A stretch of DNA of 64,000 bases, taken from NCBI GenBank assembly GCA_000004985.1, contig GG738899.1. One strand, given 5' to 3'. The position numbers were made by a program, and so were the translations under genes. The notes beneath the pieces are model-generated. The model was given only the letters and a program-made list of their open reading frames with translations. It had not been told where the DNA came from and made no database searches. Below are positions 11,900 through 23,287 of the stretch, in pieces; the stretch's first letter is position 1; each line of letters opens with the position of its first letter. The DNA comes from Naegleria gruberi (lineage: Eukaryota).

Positions 11900-12700
11900 C
11901 AACTCTGAATCCTAACCAAACCCAACCATTAACTTTGTAAATAATGTCAGATTAAAAATTATAAAATGAAACCATAGGAAGAATGATAATTTCAAAATCC
12001 TTTAATGAGATTATATAGTATATATCTTCACTAACAACATTCATAATCACTCTCATATGAAATTTCTAAACTTCATGTCGGTAGGTATAAAAGTATCAAG
12101 TGAAAAGGGAAGATGTGAGGTAAAAGAGGTCAACTATAACTTTTGAGTTTCTCATCAAAACATATTGAATCCTAATATGAAAATGTTCCATTTGATTATT
12201 AAACATCGAATATCAAATTTATTTTAACTTTCATATTTAAAGATTTCTTCCCTCAACCACACATGGTCAACTATGATGAAAAGGTGGAAATCTTGATAAA
12301 GGACCACCTATTGAAACTTTACCAAAATGATTTATATGATCTATAGTGATATAGAATTCAATTTCATATCATAAGAATTAGAAATGGTACCATGGGAATG
12401 TAAATGTTGATTTTACAAAGTTGACTGAAAGGAAAGACAAGTCAGATCAAGTCTATCAAATATATCACTTCAATCAACAAATTACACATGTACATGCTCC
12501 ATTAGATGTGTAGAGATAGAATATCAAGTTTATTTTAACTTTCATAATCAAGATTTCATCCCTTTCATACCATCTAGTCAACTATGGACATGGATGAAAA
12601 TCTGGAAAATGACCTCTCTATGAAACACTTCCATCATGTTTAACAACTCAAATAATGTAATAGAATTCAATTTTAGAGTTTTAAAATGTAATTTGACAAT
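11900..12700. repeat. R750 copy 2, preceded by a degenerate telomere-like remnant (cctaaccaaacccaacca). A relic chromosome-end structure now lying internally
   Basis: Matches 3898-4790, including the degenerate tel-like leader and the aactttgtaaataatgtcagattaaaaatt...gtgaggtaaaagaggtcaactataacttttgag stretch. Confidence 0.75.
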
Positions 12701-13054
12701 ATAGTAAGGTAAAGGTTGATATTTTAAGGTTGACTTTAAGGATTGAAAGGTGAAAATCAAGATATCAAAAACATCACTCCAGTCAATAAAACACATATCA
12801 AAATGTTGCAAACGATGAGTAGTCATCGAAAATATCATTCATTCTAATTGGAAATATCTCTAATATCTAAATGGTGGTAAACTCTCCCTCAAATGAACAA
12901 ATGAATCAGCCAAGTTACCAATCTCAAATTAAATCATATAATCATGTTCCATATCTCGTATAATGTATATAATTCAGTTTTTAGACATTTTGGTAAATAT
13001 TCCATAATTCAGTAAGGTAAAGAGTGATTTATCAAGGTTGACTTGGGAGGATCA

Positions 13055-15500
13055 GGAGGAAATCTTGAATATAGAGAACCAAATCCTCAATCAACAAAAT
13101 ACATATCAATCGATTGGAAATCAATAGTACATCTCGAAAATATCATTTATTTTATGTTTTGAATTATCTCCTTGACCTAATTTGGTCAATTAAGACAATT
13201 AAGGATGATACTATAGGGAAAGTTACCAATCTCAAAATAAATGATACTATCATGTTTAACATCTCAAATAAAGTGGACTTTATTCAAATTATATATTTTC
13301 ATTTCAAGAAATACATCCGGTAGATAGTACATGGTGATATTTCAAGTGAATGGATGGAAATCTGAAAGATACAGAAACAACTCCATTTTCACTGAAATTG
13401 ATATCATGGTATGTAGACACTCTAATTAGCATATTGTATCAATTTTATGAATATTGGTTCAGTAAATGTCGTGTTGTCAACTCTATCACTTTATTATGGA
13501 CTTTTGACATGATATCATAGATTATACTCCAAATCACTCAATTTACATGCAATAAATCTAAAATTGATATCACACAATCTAGACATCATTTAAGTATATA
13601 TAAACAAGTTTAGAAACAATTCATGATACTTTCATTCAACCAATCGGTTCATGTTCAATGTCAACAGTATTTATATCCTAGTGAACTCTCTATCTCAATG
13701 AAAGCAGGTTCAATCATTATATAACTTTACCATATATATTAAATCACTTTATTAATTATATGGTATCATTTACAGTCTGTTAGAATTATATTCAGTATGA
13801 TAATAATATCATTCTTCCAAAAAGTCAGCTTTCATCACAAAGATCACACTCCATCCCATTCATTTTGCAAAATATCATATTAGTGTAAAATATGAATACA
13901 CTCCTCTTTATGTGGATAACAATCTGGAACAGTTTCATATTCATAGATCAATATCTTAAAGTTGCAACCAATCCATATAATAATTGAACACAATATTTTA
14001 ACGTAGATAAAATCGATTTACTTTGAAAAGTAATTTTAAAAATTATACGCCAAAATAGAGCAGCTTTCTTACTGGTCTTTCTTGTAGTGTTGAATTTATT
14101 TGTCCGAAAACCCAAGAATCTAAACCTAAAAACCTAAGCTAATTGAATATTCAATCTCATACCGGAAAAGATTCTTATTTGCGGAAAAAGATTCGAATCT
14201 TAGCGAATCTTCAATCAATTTCGAATGGAAACTGAATCTAATATCGAAATCTTTACCACTTTCCAAATAACAACGCAAACAACAAATACACCAAATCTCG
14301 ATATCTAGATAGAAAGTATATACTTTTTTTAAAACTTTACTGAAAAACCTTTCCAAAAGCCCAAGATTCACTTAAAGACTCTATATTAGATCATAAAGAC
14401 CATGGTGCCACCGAAGTAACAAATCAAAACAACTCTAATCCAAAACCTTATTTCCAAAATTAAATTTTACCATCATATCTAAATCATTGAATAATGAATT
14501 ATTTATACAGGAATCATATGTTTAGTTGTTATATTCATGTCAGTAATCAGTGAAGGTGACACTTCTCAAACCTAAGTATAGTAACATGCATGTGAAAACA
14601 TATATTGACACTTTTCATCTTGTTATATTTATAGAGATGGTATCTTACAGAGTCATCTCACAATATTAAATATTGAAGCTAGTTCTATATGATATATATG
14701 ATGTATAGAACTGTATTTGACGATGTCAATCCAGTATGAAATACTTTAGTGGAACTGACACTGTCTAGTCACAATTACATGACAAAGTAAACAATAGTAT
14801 ACATTCCATCTCAGTCATTTCAACGATTTATTGATTAATTCCACCACCATTATGTTTCTCATACATTGTAGCACAGTTTATATTTCAAGAGTGATTTCTG
14901 TGTAGATTATTATAATCGAAATATCATTCAATACCAATAAAACTCAATAGAAGAGTTAATTCTTCTCATTTTCAAATAGATTATTCAATATAGAACACAT
15001 CTAGATAGTTTCCAGATCACAAAAGTCAAGATGCTATATATGGTCTTTGATTAAATTTAAAAATAGACTGCCGTTGATTACTGGAATATTAATCCATAGC
15101 TTGATGATAAAGCTATTGATTGAAATCAAACCGATTATTGAATATTGATCATTGAATTGGTGAATAATCACTCTTGATAATGTTACTTATTCATATTGCA
15201 TGCAAATCAACATGATTCAATCTACAAAGGTTGGTAGTTGCACCACTTCGTGGCGAAACTACCCATCCACAATCAACATAAGAATCACTTCCATTCAACT
15301 CAATTTGACCGTTATAATCAATAAATCAATGAAATTTTCCTTTAATAGCAATACCAATACAATCCAATAAGTAGATTCACGTCCCAAACATTTGACTTCT
15401 CAAAGTCCATATTTCAAAAGTTGATACTGACCTGACCTTTAAATATCTATCAATACAAGAAATGAAACCATCAAATTTACATCATTAATAGATGATAAGA
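13055..15500. repeat. Subtelomeric segmental repeat R2k, copy B. It contains a ~480-bp insertion (about 13940-14420) absent from copy A; the insertion shares ...atctagatagaaagtatata[gc]tttttttaaaactttactgaaaaacctttccaaaagccc with 765-826
   Basis: Direct comparison with 9770-11850 and with 760-826. Confidence 0.75.
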
Positions 15501-16407
15501 ATATATTCAGTAACAAAAAAAGAAGGAGATGTTGAAACCCCAAAAAGAGTGCAAATAAATCAACCTCACCAAAGAAGAGAAAGACTAGTTCAGATTCAAA
15601 TCCATCCAAGAGAAAGAAGTCTAATCATCAAGAATCTGATGGATAAATTGAGGAAGATGGCAATGGAGAGCAGCATTATGAGGAAGAAGATTCACAAAAT
15701 TAATTCTAACAGTTAAAATTGTAACATAATAAAGGTTAAATCATATATTCGAATGAATTGAATATACCCAAGTCTACCTTAATTGAACTGGAAAAAAAAT
15801 TTCAAGTCGGGCTGCCTCCTAGTTAGCACCTTACTTTTACACCTAACCATTTTGTCCAAAATTAAGGATACAAGTTGAGGCTTAAAGTTGGTGGCTCACT
15901 TTTGATGTCATCTTTTCAAAAGTGAGAGTAATACATGGAGGCTAAAATGTTTGGTGCTGACTTTAACACTCTCACTTTCAAAAACTCCAGAGCATTTTAG
16001 TTTATTCGGGTAGATTATTGTTCATTTATTACTGGTAGCCACGAAGGGGAGATTCACTTCATTAAAAGTTTGATTTCAAAGGAATTTAAATAAAATTGTC
16101 ATCAAGGAGATATTAATGGCGCTTGAATCTCGTAATATTATGTAATATATCGTATTGAATAGTAAGCAATTAAAAAGGAGACTATAAGGCACATTTTGGT
16201 CTGATATACGAGCCGTAGTGATTATATTATTTTTAAGGCCGACATCCGCAATTAGATGTGTGTTTCTAAAGCAGGATGCTAACACTCGGGGGAACATGGG
16301 ATAGTGGAAATACCAGTTACGATTAACTCCAAAATGTGAAATTAACGAATTGTGCAGTAAAATTAAGCAGGATTACACCTCACTCAACAGAAAAACAGGG
16401 ATGAGAG

Positions 16408-17490
16408 ATGCTTAATCCCAGTATTTATACATCAGTTAAAAAAATGTTAAAACTCGATAACACTTTGGTAAAATGGTTCTTGATAGTGATGGTAGTTTCC
16501 TTTGCTTTCATTTTACAGCACGCTAGTGTGAGTGCATCCACATCTTCTACTACTGGTAGCTCTCTGCGAGATTGGTTAACATCCTTACAAAGTGAAGCAT
16601 CTTCTTTGCAAGTTAAAGTAAATCAATTGGAAAAGGTGATTGCCTTATTGACTGATTCCAATTCCACCATTTCCATTGTACAGGTTAGAGCAGCACAACT
16701 TGCCAAGATTAAGAAATCGCTCGACATGCTTAATCTTGAAATTCAAACAATCAATCAAGCATGTTCAACAAAGAGTGGGCCAAACTGCGATATATCATTA
16801 TGCGATTCTAAATGCTTGAATTGTACATCAGCAGGGCAATGTATGATGTGTTCTGGAAATTGGACTGGACCTACTTGTTCAACTTGTAAGGTTGGATGGA
16901 CAGGTCCAAATTGTAGCACTATTGATAATGTTGGTGATCTAGCAACTTCTTCGATTTTAAATTATACAATGGCAACAAGATTTGTGCAAGATTTGATATT
17001 AGGAGTTAAAAAGAATGACATTAAATTGTTATTCAGATCATCAAGAGATGGTTTCTCGTGTGTTGCCAGTGTCCTTGCCAATTTCCAAACACGAGTTTCC
17101 AATAAGGGACCAACATTTGTAATTTTCCAAGCAACATCTGGTGCCATCTTTGGTGCTTATACGAGTCAAAGTTTAACCACTGCTTGTACGCAGGTCACCG
17201 ATACAGCTACATTCTTATTCAGCATTCAATCTAATACTGGAGAACAAAGGTTTACAAAATTGCTCCCTCAGGTCACCACTAATAGCGTTCTACCATGCTC
17301 AAACCAGTATTTAGCTTTTGGTAGAGGTTATGATCTTTTTTATGGTTGTTGGGTGGGTGTAGTTGTTGGAAGAACAGTTCCTAATACATTCCCCAACATG
17401 GGTCAATATTATTTAAGTGGTTCTGGTGTTGCATATTCAACAACTGGTAGCGCCTTTGATGTTACTGACTTTGAAGTGTATTCATTGTAA
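16408..17490 (+). CDS. Membrane-anchored coiled-coil protein with a Cys-rich EGF/laminin-like module and a C-terminal TLDc domain
   Basis: N-terminal transmembrane helix (WFLIVMVVSFAFIL) and a heptad coiled coil. The Cys cluster reads CDISLCDSKCLNCTSAGQCMMCSGNWTGPTCSTCKVGWTGPNC. The TLDc signature is LLFRSSRDGFSCVASVLANFQTRVSNKGPTFVIFQATSGAIFGAYTS...FLFSI...FEVYSL. Intronless ORF. Confidence 0.6.
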   Translation: MLNPSIYTSVKKMLKLDNTLVKWFLIVMVVSFAFILQHASVSASTSSTTGSSLRDWLTSLQSEASSLQVKVNQLEKVIALLTDSNSTISIVQVRAAQLAKIKKSLDMLNLEIQTINQACSTKSGPNCDISLCDSKCLNCTSAGQCMMCSGNWTGPTCSTCKVGWTGPNCSTIDNVGDLATSSILNYTMATRFVQDLILGVKKNDIKLLFRSSRDGFSCVASVLANFQTRVSNKGPTFVIFQATSGAIFGAYTSQSLTTACTQVTDTATFLFSIQSNTGEQRFTKLLPQVTTNSVLPCSNQYLAFGRGYDLFYGCWVGVVVGRTVPNTFPNMGQYYLSGSGVAYSTTGSAFDVTDFEVYSL

Positions 17491-17675
17491 TGGATTATTA
17501 CTTCCTTCTTAATCTCCCATATCTTCCAAACAACCAAAGAAAGGCTTTAAATCATATAAAATAATGAATCCAAAATATCACATTGTATTGAATAAAAACA
17601 TCATATATAGAATTATATAATATTATGATTTTGTGGTGTACAGAACATCATCTGATTTTGTGGTGTACAGTGATA

Positions 17676-19391
17676 TTATTGTACGCATGAAATATGAATA
17701 ATTGAGGAATAATCAAATAAATCCATAATTTCATCTTCTCCCCAAGATGATACCTCAGAATCATAAGGCAACTCCAATTGTTCAAGAGATGATTCAGCAA
17801 GAAGTGGAATGGATTTTGCATCTGAAAGTACATATCGAAGATATTTCAATTTGTGTTGCTCTTTTAAGGTTGTTAAAGCTTTGTATGACGCACCAAAAAT
17901 TGTGACTTTACATAGAAGGTTTAGTTTGATTAATTCTGCAATACTTTCATCCGAACCACTCAAATCTTCAATTTCAATTTGTAAATTTGGTCGATTCATA
18001 GCTATTGATTTCCAATTAATGTTTTCTGCAGTAATGTAGCATAAACTTAAATAATTGAGATTAGGGAAACATTCAGAGGATGGTTGTGCTAGTAATTTGA
18101 GTATTTCTGAAGAAATTTCCCCTTGTAGAGTCAATCTTTCAATAAAGCTGTTACTCAAATCTCCCATTATTGTTTGGTGTCTGGTGTAAAATGATAGAGA
18201 TTTGATACAAGGTGTGTGTAGTAATGTATCTATTGAACCACCTCTATAACCAGTGATTCCTATATGCTCAATTTGTAACTTGTTTGGATTATCAATAATT
18301 TCAAAATTTTCATGTTCATTTCCTCCTTCAATATCAAGCTTTTTGATCGTACTATTACTTTGAAGGAATACTTTCAACTCTTCTCCAATATGTTCATCAA
18401 TTTGAACCCTAAGACTAGTGAGTTTTGGCAGGAGTGACGATTTTTCGTGTAATGCTTTGAAAAATCCATTCTTTACATTTTCAATATCTAACGTCCTTAG
18501 TGGAATTGGCTTTTTCATCTCTGAGAATAAATCAGCTCCTACAATTTCATTTGTTGAAACCTTAAGCTCTTTAATTTTTTCCAGAGAGAAAAGTTTCCTT
18601 ATGCTAAACTCTGTTATCAAATTATTCGAAACATCTAATTTTTCAATATTAGGTAAAATAGAGATAATTTCCAACAATCCCTTATCATTAATTCCACAAT
18701 AATGTGCCGTAATTGATGTAATTCCAGAGAATGTTCCAAAGAATTCGGTAAAATTTCCATTGTATATCATTGGTGTCCCTTCTTCATTTTCATCAGAGTG
18801 TTCAAATTCTACAGATTTCAAATTTAAACCACATTTCAAAAACCTTTCATAATTATCCTTTGTTGAAACATCCAAAAACTTGAGATTTTCAAGACCAGGA
18901 CAAAAATCCCAGTACGGGAAATCAACAATAGTGCATTGTCCAATAAAATAAGTTGGCCAAATTAAAGACTTGATTCCGTTCAACCTCATAGTTGAAACCA
19001 ATTGAGAGTGTTGATATGGACAATTCACAAAATCAAAATCTAAATGTTTAAACAAGAGTTGTACCTTTCTAAATGGATCATTTGAAAAGTATCCAAATAT
19101 TAAATTTTGTAATTTAGAAAATCCTATTTTCTCTCTAATTTCCCAATTACGAAAGCTAGCATTAAAATCAACATCTTCATACTTTTCCATATCCGATCTG
19201 GAGATGTAGTAGTACCTATTGAGAGGAAATAATACAAAATCGAAAATATTTAAAATCAAGTGGTGTGGAATTGGATGAAAAATTGACATGTTTTGATCAT
19301 GATCATCTTTACGCTTTTTTGCAGAGGGAAGTGCTTCCGATGATGCTGATGAGGTTGAATTGATATTGTCATCAAGCAAACGTTTTGACAT
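17676..19391 (-). CDS. F-box / leucine-rich-repeat protein with a basic N-terminal nuclear-localisation signal
   Basis: F-box-like HHLILNIFDFVLFPLNRY near the N-terminus, then repeated LxxLxLxxN/C LRR units (LENLKFLDVS, IEKLDVSNNLITEF, LTSLRVQ, IKKLDIEG, LNYLSLCY). KKRK nuclear-localisation signal. Intronless 571-aa ORF. Confidence 0.55.
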   Translation of the reverse strand: MSKRLLDDNINSTSSASSEALPSAKKRKDDHDQNMSIFHPIPHHLILNIFDFVLFPLNRYYYISRSDMEKYEDVDFNASFRNWEIREKIGFSKLQNLIFGYFSNDPFRKVQLLFKHLDFDFVNCPYQHSQLVSTMRLNGIKSLIWPTYFIGQCTIVDFPYWDFCPGLENLKFLDVSTKDNYERFLKCGLNLKSVEFEHSDENEEGTPMIYNGNFTEFFGTFSGITSITAHYCGINDKGLLEIISILPNIEKLDVSNNLITEFSIRKLFSLEKIKELKVSTNEIVGADLFSEMKKPIPLRTLDIENVKNGFFKALHEKSSLLPKLTSLRVQIDEHIGEELKVFLQSNSTIKKLDIEGGNEHENFEIIDNPNKLQIEHIGITGYRGGSIDTLLHTPCIKSLSFYTRHQTIMGDLSNSFIERLTLQGEISSEILKLLAQPSSECFPNLNYLSLCYITAENINWKSIAMNRPNLQIEIEDLSGSDESIAELIKLNLLCKVTIFGASYKALTTLKEQHKLKYLRYVLSDAKSIPLLAESSLEQLELPYDSEVSSWGEDEIMDLFDYSSIIHISCVQ

Positions 19392-19617
19392 TTTTTTTAA
19401 TGGTGTTTTTGAATTTACAATTACTTTCTAATAACTTTACAACAACAATCAGAGTAAATAATGAATCAAATTATTAATATTAACTGTAAAGTTATTGTAA
19501 ACAAACAGTTGCGATCGCATTTTAGAAAGATCCTTTTGTTGATTTGTGATTGGTCTAGTGTTTAATAGTTCTGCTTACTTTCAGGGTTTTCGAGCAGTTA
19601 CGAGAACACACTAAAAA

Positions 19618-20427
19618 ATGTCACAACTTAATCAACACCTGATTGACCAACTGTATAAAACTCCAGAAGAGATCGCCAAGCTTGATCAAACAGAACAAAA
19701 GATTGGTGATATTATTAATTGGTGCAGTCACAATTATCAAAACAGTGACAAGGAGCAAACCTATGAAAAAACCAAGGAGTATCTGGCTGCAGTTCTAACT
19801 GTATGTTTTTAAATATTTGATCAATATTATTGATCAATTTATTTTGATGAAATATTTGATGAAATATTTTGTTAGAATGTTGTGTTTTTTATTGACTCAT
19901 CAAGCCGTGAATTGGAAACATTGATCGAGTTTGAAACACAGGAAGTCAATCGTATTGGAGCCGAATTAACAATAATTTACGATCGTTTAAAATCTGCACG
20001 TTCAATGACTGGTCGTGAAGAATTATCCAAAATGCATGCTGTTAAGCCAACATCACGCACAGGTATGAAGAAGAGAGTAATTGAATTATCAAATTCAAAC
20101 TTTAAGAATAATATTGTTTCAATTGAAGATCTGGAAAATATCTCAACCCTTTCCTATCATACACCCAAGTCAACCAGCCAGACTGATTTCACAACTGTTG
20201 GTAGAGGTGGTTCATCGGCTGGAATGATGGATTCTCCAGTTAGTTTGGATATTGATGATGACAATAGTGGTTATTTGGAGAGGCAATCATCATTCTCATC
20301 CACTTCTTCAACTCAACAAGGTTTTAGCAGACCTCCTCCACCTCCACTCAAGAGTAGCAATCAACCTCCACCTCCACCTAGCAGGAGTGGTCCTCCACCT
20401 CCACCAAATCCAAGAAGATTTAATTAA
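19618..20427 (+). CDS. ABI (Abl-interactor)-like N-terminal WAVE-complex module with a proline-rich C-terminus. Two exons, intron 19801-19875 (gtatgt...gttag, phase 0)
   Basis: WCSHNYQNSDKEQTYEKTKEYLAAVLT | NVVFFIDSSSRELETLIEFETQEVNRIG follows the ABI pattern (yCEnNY..a.dK...leeTKaYt.qsLAsVayqI...LD.q...L...E..in.i...V.....K.aRrEIG). The C-terminus reads RPPPPPLKSSNQPPPPPSRSGPPPPPNPRRFN. Confidence 0.4.
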
Positions 20428-20853
20428 ATTGATTTAATCAAATAAATTCATGATCTGTGTCGATCCGAGAAATTAAAATATGTTGTCGTTCTTCCGAGAA
20501 TTAAATCAACAACTAAAAACATTTCTTTTAATATCCAGTGTGAAACATAAATCTACTGATGATGGTTATTGTGTTGATGTATTGATAATTATTTGCATGT
20601 TGAAAATATAATTGTATTCCATTAAAATTCATTCTTACTATTAAAATCTCCAACACCTAACATTTTATCAACTAGCCTATTCCAACCCATCCAATATTTT
20701 CCAAAATGAATTGTAAAACCCTAAACTGATTGTTTAAATATTTTTTCCTTCAAGTTCGATCCAGCACTGGAAGCCATCACAAAATTTGGTTTCATTGTGT
20801 TTGATGAAAATATCGCGCTTCCAGCTGGTAAGTTCTAAACAGTTCAAAAAAAA

Positions 20854-23280
20854 ATGAGCGCCAACACTTCTTCCACAAAACCTCCTTGCAAATGTGCTGC
20901 TCGTCCTGCTTCGGTGCTGAGAACAGTCGTAAAGGAAGGTCCAAACAAGGGCAGACAATTCTACACGTGCGCTAAATCTAGTTGTAAATTCTTTGAATGG
21001 GTGAATACTAATGCTACTAATACTTTACTATTGCCTTCATCAAGTCCATCAAGTCAACCATCAGTTTCTATTGAAACCATCAAGAATAATATTTTCGCTG
21101 ATGCTCTAAAGAAAAGTGTTAATAACAGCTCTAACAAATCATCAAGTGGCAGCACCTCTTCCGAAACTGATAGTAATTTAAATATTCCTTGCTGTACGAA
21201 TCATCAAACAACCAAGTGTAAACTGTTACAAGTTTCCAAAGAGGGACCAAACAAAGGAAAATTATTCTGGGCTTGTGGAAATACTAATCAGAGTGAAAAA
21301 TGCAACTTTTTCAAGTGGTTTGATGGAATAGTGGATCAGTACAAACATTTGGTACCAAATTACAATAGTGGAGCTCAACCATCACCAAAGAAAGAGACTC
21401 CTAAATTTATAGCACCTATGATTAAGGAAGAAACAGTTCCAATATTCATGTCAACAAGCAATTCTCAAAATAACTGGGTTGCAAACCTCCCAGTCGAAAC
21501 TTTTTCTGAGATTTTGAAATATTTACAAATTGCTCCAGATTGTGTAAAAATTCAAAGAGTTTGTGTTGAATGGAAGAGAATGAGTGATATTTATATTGGA
21601 AACGCAGTGAAAGATCATCAAGTTGATCTGAGTTTGGGATTTTTGAAGAATGATACACCATTTTCACAATGTTGTGAAATTTTCAAGAAATTCTATAGAG
21701 TGAAACAAGTTACATTTTGTAACTTTACAATTTATAGTGAATTGATGAGATTATTGGAGTGGGTTCAAGTAGAAACAATGATTTTCTATAATTGCAAATC
21801 AACCATGTCATGTGATCAGAATGAGTCAGTCGCTGAGCATGTCCCATCTTATCATGATTATGAAGAAGTTGATTGGGAGTATGTAAGATCAAATCCAGGA
21901 AGCTTATTTTCCAAGAGGGATATTGCATCGTACAAAACCAAGTTTGCTTTCCGCAGAAATGTTACTCAAATGCTATTCTCAGGACTAGAAGAAGATCGAG
22001 ACGTTCTCGTTGCAGATGCAAAGCCAAAGTTTATTGATGACATGCTACAATTTGCAACTTTGAATTATTACAAGAAATTCGTAACTTTTATAAAACAGAA
22101 ATTGGGAACTAATTATGTGCAAGGAAAGAGATTTGGAAATCTAAAGAGGATTATTTCCATCGACTCTTATGAATTGAATTTTGCATGGGTCAACAAGGAT
22201 CGTAATGTTTATTACAAAGTTGGTAATGGAATATGTGAAGCTGATTTCACAAAATTTATGTTGGCAACCCAAGAAAAGGCAACAATTAAAGAAGAAGATG
22301 AAACAACGGCAGTCCATATTGATTGGCGATACAAGAATTTCATGGTTCAAGATAGATCCATAGCTATTATTTCAATACCTTTCTCTTCTACACTCCTTTG
22401 TAAAGTTCAAATTTACAATAGCATTTCTTGCTCCTCTAAAACAGTAGTAGAAAGAACACCAACTCTCGCACCCAAATCCATCACAGGTGTATTGGAAAAA
22501 TGTAACATTGTTCAATATGTTAAGAAGGATGTTTTCAAACCAAAGAATCTCTTTCTTGCTAAATATGGATTGATACTTGGCACTTTGAATTTGCAAAGTC
22601 CTTACCCTCGTAAGACTATTTTGGAAATGTATTTGGAATCTGCCTTGGCTTCCTCTAGAAAGATGGTGAGTGGTGACTTGGATGAATTGAAAAAATTTTG
22701 TTACAAAGATCCAATTCAAAAGGCCATCAAGTTACTTTTATTTTTGCATAGGGAAACAAAGTTAATGGATAGTTATGAAATAAGTTCCAAGGTGAAGTAT
22801 CTCATTAAATCAATAGATGCCTTATGGTCTCACAAGGAGGAATTTATTAATGATGATGATGAGTACAGTGACACACCATCAATCAATACAATCACTGAAT
22901 TGGTTTCTGTAGATGGAGAATCATTGAGAGTTCCATTTTCTTGGTATCATTTCATTAAGACTGGTAACATTAAGCATATTTTCGAATTGAAACCAGAAGA
23001 AGCTAGAAATGAATTACCAAGTGGAGATTATGAAGAGGAAGATGAAGAGGATGAGGATGACAGTGAAGAGGAGAATGATAATTTTTTTAATTTTCAAAAT
23101 AATAATTCTGATCTCAGCTCTGAGGATGGAAATGAACCAGAAGAGGACGATGATTACCAAGAGAGTAATGAAGAAGAAGAAGAGGAGGAGGAAGAATCTG
23201 ACTACTCTGATGATTCAGACAGTGGAAAAAAGAGAAAGAAGAAAACTAGAGCAACCCGTTCTAAAAAGAGAAAGTATTGA
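20854..23280 (+). CDS. Protein with two N-terminal GRF-type zinc fingers, an F-box-like motif, a long alpha-rich body, and an acidic (D/E) tail ending in a basic KKRKKK nuclear-localisation signal
   Basis: GRF finger 1: CKCAARPASVLRTVVKEGPNKGRQFYTCAKSSCKFFEWV. GRF finger 2: CCTNHQTTKCKLLQVSKEGPNKGKLFWACGNTNQSEKCNFFKWFD. F-box-like: LPVETFSEILKYLQIAPDCVKIQRVCVEWKRM. Intronless 808-aa ORF. Confidence 0.6.
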   Translation: MSANTSSTKPPCKCAARPASVLRTVVKEGPNKGRQFYTCAKSSCKFFEWVNTNATNTLLLPSSSPSSQPSVSIETIKNNIFADALKKSVNNSSNKSSSGSTSSETDSNLNIPCCTNHQTTKCKLLQVSKEGPNKGKLFWACGNTNQSEKCNFFKWFDGIVDQYKHLVPNYNSGAQPSPKKETPKFIAPMIKEETVPIFMSTSNSQNNWVANLPVETFSEILKYLQIAPDCVKIQRVCVEWKRMSDIYIGNAVKDHQVDLSLGFLKNDTPFSQCCEIFKKFYRVKQVTFCNFTIYSELMRLLEWVQVETMIFYNCKSTMSCDQNESVAEHVPSYHDYEEVDWEYVRSNPGSLFSKRDIASYKTKFAFRRNVTQMLFSGLEEDRDVLVADAKPKFIDDMLQFATLNYYKKFVTFIKQKLGTNYVQGKRFGNLKRIISIDSYELNFAWVNKDRNVYYKVGNGICEADFTKFMLATQEKATIKEEDETTAVHIDWRYKNFMVQDRSIAIISIPFSSTLLCKVQIYNSISCSSKTVVERTPTLAPKSITGVLEKCNIVQYVKKDVFKPKNLFLAKYGLILGTLNLQSPYPRKTILEMYLESALASSRKMVSGDLDELKKFCYKDPIQKAIKLLLFLHRETKLMDSYEISSKVKYLIKSIDALWSHKEEFINDDDEYSDTPSINTITELVSVDGESLRVPFSWYHFIKTGNIKHIFELKPEEARNELPSGDYEEEDEEDEDDSEEENDNFFNFQNNNSDLSSEDGNEPEEDDDYQESNEEEEEEEEESDYSDDSDSGKKRKKKTRATRSKKRKY

Positions 23281-23287
23281 TAATTTA

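Noticed and set aside
9823-13323. Paralogous 69-aa ORFs (9823..10032 and 13114..13323), plus small ORFs inside the R750, satellite and subtelomeric repeats (4759..5118, 7717..7899, 8225..8443, 8610..8795, 12578..12838)
   Set aside because: They lie within AT-rich subtelomeric repeat units. They show no domain or codon-usage signal and are conserved only because the DNA is duplicated.
15492-15716. 74-aa basic ORF at the edge of the R2k repeat
   Set aside because: No start context or domain. It is probably non-coding, although a Lys-rich alternative frame exists.
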